Shown here in pieces: positions 60,726 through 64,000 of a stretch of 64,000 bases of DNA. The notes under the pieces were generated by a model. It was given only the letters and a program-made list of their open reading frames with translations. It was not told the DNA's origin and did not search any database. Position numbers and translations under genes: made by a program. Position 1 is the stretch's first letter. Every line of letters starts with the position of its first letter. This DNA is from an uncultured Bacteroidota bacterium (lineage in GTDB: Bacteria; Bacteroidota; Rhodothermia; Rhodothermales; DATKEJ01). The stretch covers positions 79,466 to 143,465 of the forward strand of contig CAVYJC010000007.1 in assembly GCA_963768715.1 (NCBI GenBank). The letters run 5' to 3'.

Positions 60726-61901
60726 TTAGCCGACGAGGATTGGTTCGGTCTGGAGTTCTGTGGTAACAGTCGGGCCTTCGACTTCGTCGATATACACATC
60801 GACTTCGGACCGGACACCGAATTCAGGCAGGTAGATGCCAGGTTCTATCGAGAAACCGACGCCGGCGATGAGGCGTCTCGTATCATGCGTCTCGAGGTTG
60901 TCGATGTTTGCACCCAGTGCGTGCGGGCTCGGCGCCGGACCCATGCTGTGGCCCGTCCGGTGCCGGAAATATTCACCGTATCCGGCGTCCGAAATGTGCT
61001 TCCGGCAGGCATCGTCGACCTGCCATCCTTGCAATACGGTTCCTTCTACCCACGCATCCTTGAGCACCTCGATGGCCCTGTCTCGCGCACCGGTAACCAG
61101 ATCGAAAATTTTCCGAAAACGATCGGGCACGTCGCTTCCGGCGAATCCCGTGAAGGTGATGTCACAGTAGACGGCCTCGGGATCGGGATACTTGGCCCAG
61201 AGGTCGATCAGGATCCAGTCGCCGTCGCGGATAGGCGCGTAGTTCTCGGCATCGGGCTCGTAGTGGGGATCCCCGGCATGGCTGTTGACACCCACGATCG
61301 GTCCGTGATCGGTGACCAGCCCTCGTCGGTCGAACTCACCTCGGATGAACTGTTGGACCTCATACTCATTCAGATCTTCCCGTCCAAGATGCTCGCGGAT
61401 GTAGTCGAAAGCGGCATCCTTGACCGCCAAGACCTCTATACAGGCTTTTCGATGCAGGTCGACAGACTTCTTTGACCATCGGGCGGCCGCAACCTGAAAA
61501 AGGTCCGCCGACGAGACGACTTCCAAACCGAAGGACTGAATCAGTTCGACTGTCCCGGCATCCACGAAGGCATGCATTGGTAGCGCGCCATTCGGGCTGT
61601 ACTCCATCGCGACGCGTTCGCAGCCGGCCAAAAGATCCTGCAAGGCTTCGTGCATTTCTTGCCATGTCAGGTACTCCCGTTTCGGAAAAGGCGCACCTTC
61701 GAATAAGAGGCGATCGATCACGTGGATGAGGCAGACGGCCTCGTCTCGAGCCGGAACCCAGACGTAGTTTCTTCGACTCGTCGACTGTGTCCCGCCCAGA
61801 ACTTGCCAAAGTACCGGGTTATTCGCCCGGAAGTCGTACATCAGCCAGCCATCGATATCGTGGGACTGCATATAGTCCCGGGCAGCATTCAGATCTATCA
61901 T
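60726..61901 (-). CDS. M24-family Xaa-Pro aminopeptidase/dipeptidase
   Basis: Contains DGDWILIDL, FRHRTGHSMG, GFSIEPGIY and the pita-bread metal-ligand context. Confidence 0.85.
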   Translation of the reverse strand: MIDLNAARDYMQSHDIDGWLMYDFRANNPVLWQVLGGTQSTSRRNYVWVPARDEAVCLIHVIDRLLFEGAPFPKREYLTWQEMHEALQDLLAGCERVAMEYSPNGALPMHAFVDAGTVELIQSFGLEVVSSADLFQVAAARWSKKSVDLHRKACIEVLAVKDAAFDYIREHLGREDLNEYEVQQFIRGEFDRRGLVTDHGPIVGVNSHAGDPHYEPDAENYAPIRDGDWILIDLWAKYPDPEAVYCDITFTGFAGSDVPDRFRKIFDLVTGARDRAIEVLKDAWVEGTVLQGWQVDDACRKHISDAGYGEYFRHRTGHSMGPAPSPHALGANIDNLETHDTRRLIAGVGFSIEPGIYLPEFGVRSEVDVYIDEVEGPTVTTELQTEPILVG

Positions 61902-61926
61902 TGTCAGTCGCTCCTAACGGAATCCC

Positions 61927-62202
61927 GTGGTAAAAAGGTTAGGCTGCAAACTGGTCTGTATGCGCCCGAAAGTCAACACGTTTTGGGATTCAGTTCCTCA
62001 TTCCTCCTCTGATGTCGTCACGCTGAAACAAAGCACGCCCGCCGGATGTGTATCTATCGTCCCTCCAAATGGACAAACCACCTATACCTTGACTTGGATC
62101 ATCGTCGCCGCCTTCCTCGGATTCGCCTTGCTGGCCTTCCTGCTGCTCTATCCCATCTATCGATTCCTGAAGAAAGAGGCAGCCCGCAACAACGACGAAT
62201 GA
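61927..62202 (+). CDS. Possible small membrane protein (only the C-terminal 35-40 aa look genuine)
   Basis: The TM segment is WIIVAAFLGFALLAFLLLYPIY, followed by the basic tail RFLKKEAARNNDE. The start codon is uncertain (an in-frame TTG lies near 62090). Confidence 0.3.
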   Translation: MVKRLGCKLVCMRPKVNTFWDSVPHSSSDVVTLKQSTPAGCVSIVPPNGQTTYTLTWIIVAAFLGFALLAFLLLYPIYRFLKKEAARNNDE

Positions 62203-62219
62203 GCACGAGGGCCTGCGCG

Positions 62220-62684
62220 TCATTGTGCCGTGACCAACCGGCTGATCCGTTCGAGCTTTGCTGGACCGATTCCTTTGACCTTAATGAGATCCTCGATTCT
62301 GGAAAACGGCCCGGCTCGTTCTCTGTACTCAATAATTCTAGTTGCGAGCGCTGGACCAATTCCGGGTAGGGATATCAATTCCCTCAGACTGGCGTGATTT
62401 ACGTCCAGGAGTCCGTCGACGATGCTACCGAGCGTATCGGCACCGAGCGAGTCCAATTCGCCGGAGTGTTTATTCGGCTTCGGAAACGTATCCAGAGGCG
62501 TCAATCCGCCCGAAGCAATGAGTGAATCGAGCCCGGCATATATCTGGGGATCGAAGGGAGCCGTGTTTTGCTGCACGTAACGCCACGTAAACCCGACGAG
62601 GTAGAGTGAAGCAATAACAACGAGCGCCGCAGATTCAGTTCGCGTAAATGCCAGCCGTTCGGCCAGCCGCTTGAGTCTCTTCAT
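62220..62684 (-). CDS. comEA: ComEA-family DNA-binding protein (N-terminal anchor, tandem helix-hairpin-helix)
   Basis: Contains LDVNHASLRELISLPGIGPALATRIIEYRERAGPFSRIEDLIKVKGIGPAKLERI. Confidence 0.85.
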   Translation of the reverse strand: MKRLKRLAERLAFTRTESAALVVIASLYLVGFTWRYVQQNTAPFDPQIYAGLDSLIASGGLTPLDTFPKPNKHSGELDSLGADTLGSIVDGLLDVNHASLRELISLPGIGPALATRIIEYRERAGPFSRIEDLIKVKGIGPAKLERISRLVTAQ

Positions 62685-62750
62685 GGCATGCTATGGTGAG
62701 GTTCAGTAATCTCTCTATAGACACCTGAGCGCCTCGATTCATAACCTCCC

Positions 62751-63509
62751 ATGATCGTTCGAACAGAAGCCGTTGCCTTGCGAAGCGTCGACTACGGAGA
62801 GACGAGCCAGATCGTGACGCTGTACACGAGGCGTCTCGGAACGGTCGCGGTAATGGCACGCGGCGCCCGCGGCGCAAAGAGTCGCTTCGGCTCAGCGCTT
62901 CAGCCAATGTCGCACCTGCAGGCCGTCTTTTATCACAAGCCATCTCGCGAAGTGCATTCCCTGAGCGAGGCGACGCACCTCACGGTGTTCAGGCAGATCC
63001 CGAGAGAAATCGATCGCCTCTCGCTCGGACTCCGCATCGTCGAAACAGTCAATTCGCTCATGCCCAGACCGGAGGCAAACGACGAGGCTTTCGACGTCAT
63101 TCTAGGAGTTCTTCGGCGACTCGACACTGAATCCGGACACTGGAAGAATCTACTCCCCTACTTTGAGCTTCAAGTCTCTGCATTTATGGGATTTGCCCCC
63201 CTCCTTGACAAGCCGCAAATCGAGGAGATTTCGGCGTCTGGCGGCTACCTGCGACTGGATGACGGGTGCGCGACAACGTCCAAACCGAACACACCCGCCG
63301 TGCCGGCCACCCGCCAGGCGATCCGCGCCCTCGGCGTCATGCTTCATACCGACATCGATACGATCATGCGCATGAACGTCCCGACGAACGTGCTCGACGA
63401 AGTGATCACGATCGTCGAAAGCTACCTCACCTACCACGTCGTCGATTTCCGGCAATCGAGGAGCAAGCGCGTCTTCGAAACCATGCGATCCGGCCTCGCC
63501 CGCGGCTAA
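62751..63509 (+). CDS. recO: DNA repair protein RecO
   Basis: The OB-fold N-terminus is TEAVALRSVDYGETSQIVTLYTRRLGTVAVMARGARGAKSRFGSALQP. The size of 252 aa fits. Confidence 0.85.
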   Translation: MIVRTEAVALRSVDYGETSQIVTLYTRRLGTVAVMARGARGAKSRFGSALQPMSHLQAVFYHKPSREVHSLSEATHLTVFRQIPREIDRLSLGLRIVETVNSLMPRPEANDEAFDVILGVLRRLDTESGHWKNLLPYFELQVSAFMGFAPLLDKPQIEEISASGGYLRLDDGCATTSKPNTPAVPATRQAIRALGVMLHTDIDTIMRMNVPTNVLDEVITIVESYLTYHVVDFRQSRSKRVFETMRSGLARG

Positions 63510-63568
63510 GCCCAGCGATCGCTCCCAATCCTGCTTTCACTCGATTCGGAACCTTCATGCATTCTTAA

Positions 63569-63586
63569 CAATACGAACACGTATTG
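63569..63586. promoter_or_regulatory. Perfect palindrome CAATACG-N4-CGTATTG upstream of lexA (candidate LexA operator)
   Basis: CAATACGAACACGTATTG was read directly. It is centred about 54 nt upstream of the lexA ATG and overlaps a TTGACA hexamer at 63584-63589. Confidence 0.4.
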
Positions 63587-63630
63587 ACACATATGTTAGG
63601 CGAAGTAAAACGCATGTATGAGGGACAACA

Positions 63631-64000
63631 ATGAGCAGACGACAGCTGACCAAAAAGCAGAAGGACTTTCTTCAGTTCCTGCGCGATTTCGTCATGGACT
63701 CGGGTGGGGTCTGGCCAACGTATCGCGAGATTGTCGACAGTTTCGACTACAGATCGCCGAATAGTGTTACGCAGAATCTGCAGGCCTTACTGAAGAAGGG
63801 TTTCCTCAAGCGCGACAATGACGGATATCGTTTCGCCGAGCGCCCACGCTTCAAGAACGGTTTTGCGAGCATTCCGATCGTTGGGATCATTACGGCCGGG
63901 CATCTTCAGGAGGCAGTTGAGGCTAATCTGGGCTCCATCACGCTGGAGACGCTCTTTCCGAATCTCGACAGGATGTTCGCCATCCGCGTCTCGGGCCAGT
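63631..64000 (+). CDS. lexA: LexA-like repressor, partial (runs off the right edge)
   Basis: My translation gives MSRRQLTKKQKDFLQFLRDFVMDSGGVWPTYREIVDSFDYRSPNSVTQNLQALLKKGFLKR (winged HTH). It continues ...IPIVGIITAGHLQEAVE...FAIRVSGQ, which is the start of the S24 peptidase G.SM motif at the edge. Confidence 0.8.
   Translation, partial: MSRRQLTKKQKDFLQFLRDFVMDSGGVWPTYREIVDSFDYRSPNSVTQNLQALLKKGFLKRDNDGYRFAERPRFKNGFASIPIVGIITAGHLQEAVEANLGSITLETLFPNLDRMFAIRVSGQ

Overview
A 64-kb chromosomal window from a high-GC Gram-negative bacterium. GC was judged by eye, not computed. TonB, heparinase II/III-family enzymes, a four-helix-bundle (23S-IVS type) protein and an AddAB-type helicase-nuclease suggest a Bacteroidota/Rhodothermota-like lineage, but that is inference only. 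I support about 55 protein genes and one tRNA-Phe. There is no rRNA, CRISPR array, integrase or transposase.

Gene content from left to right:
- A secreted M23-peptidase/FG-GAP protein that runs off the left edge. It is absent from the ORF track because it is open-ended.
- A small, more AT-rich islet next to tRNA-Phe. It holds an orphan HsdR C-terminal fragment and duplicated zinc-ribbon membrane-protein modules.
- tonB, ppk2, a PAP2 phosphatase, a DUF421 gene and an APC permease fused to two USP domains.
- A five-gene LolCDE-like ABC/LolA-like/OMP cluster.
- A sugar and polysaccharide catabolic region: an HPS/KGPDC-like gene, a Zn-ADH, an SDR, two TIM-barrel isomerases, two heparinase II/III proteins, eda, NUDIX and WbqC.
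- cfa, an M19 dipeptidase, a BNR propeller, PhyH, a CBS protein, D-aminoacylase, a DUF299 kinase and TetR.
- A DNA-end-processing neighbourhood: an SbcD-like / membrane-anchored SMC-like ATPase / PolB-type DEDDy exonuclease operon, an AddAB-like pair, comEA, recO and lexA.

Most unusual signals:
1. Nearly every intergenic spacer is filled with phase-locked heptanucleotide tandem arrays (STRR-like). They often occur as inverted pairs. One pair brackets the four-helix-bundle gene like a cassette, and one forms a perfect 28-bp inverted repeat spanning a whole convergent spacer.
2. An 11-mer near-palindrome, ACCTGWCAGGT, is iterated at 18-nt spacing in three clusters. These clusters exactly bracket a HEAT-repeat gene and an FHA-TM-coiled-coil-trypsin protease gene.
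3. The yhaO/yhaN-like operon has a PolB-exonuclease-like third gene.
4. A 60-nt relic copy of the DUF421 gene's 3' end differs from the live copy almost only at synonymous positions.
5. Four apparent single-base frame disruptions need read-level checking.

All product calls come from motif recognition by eye. No database search was run.
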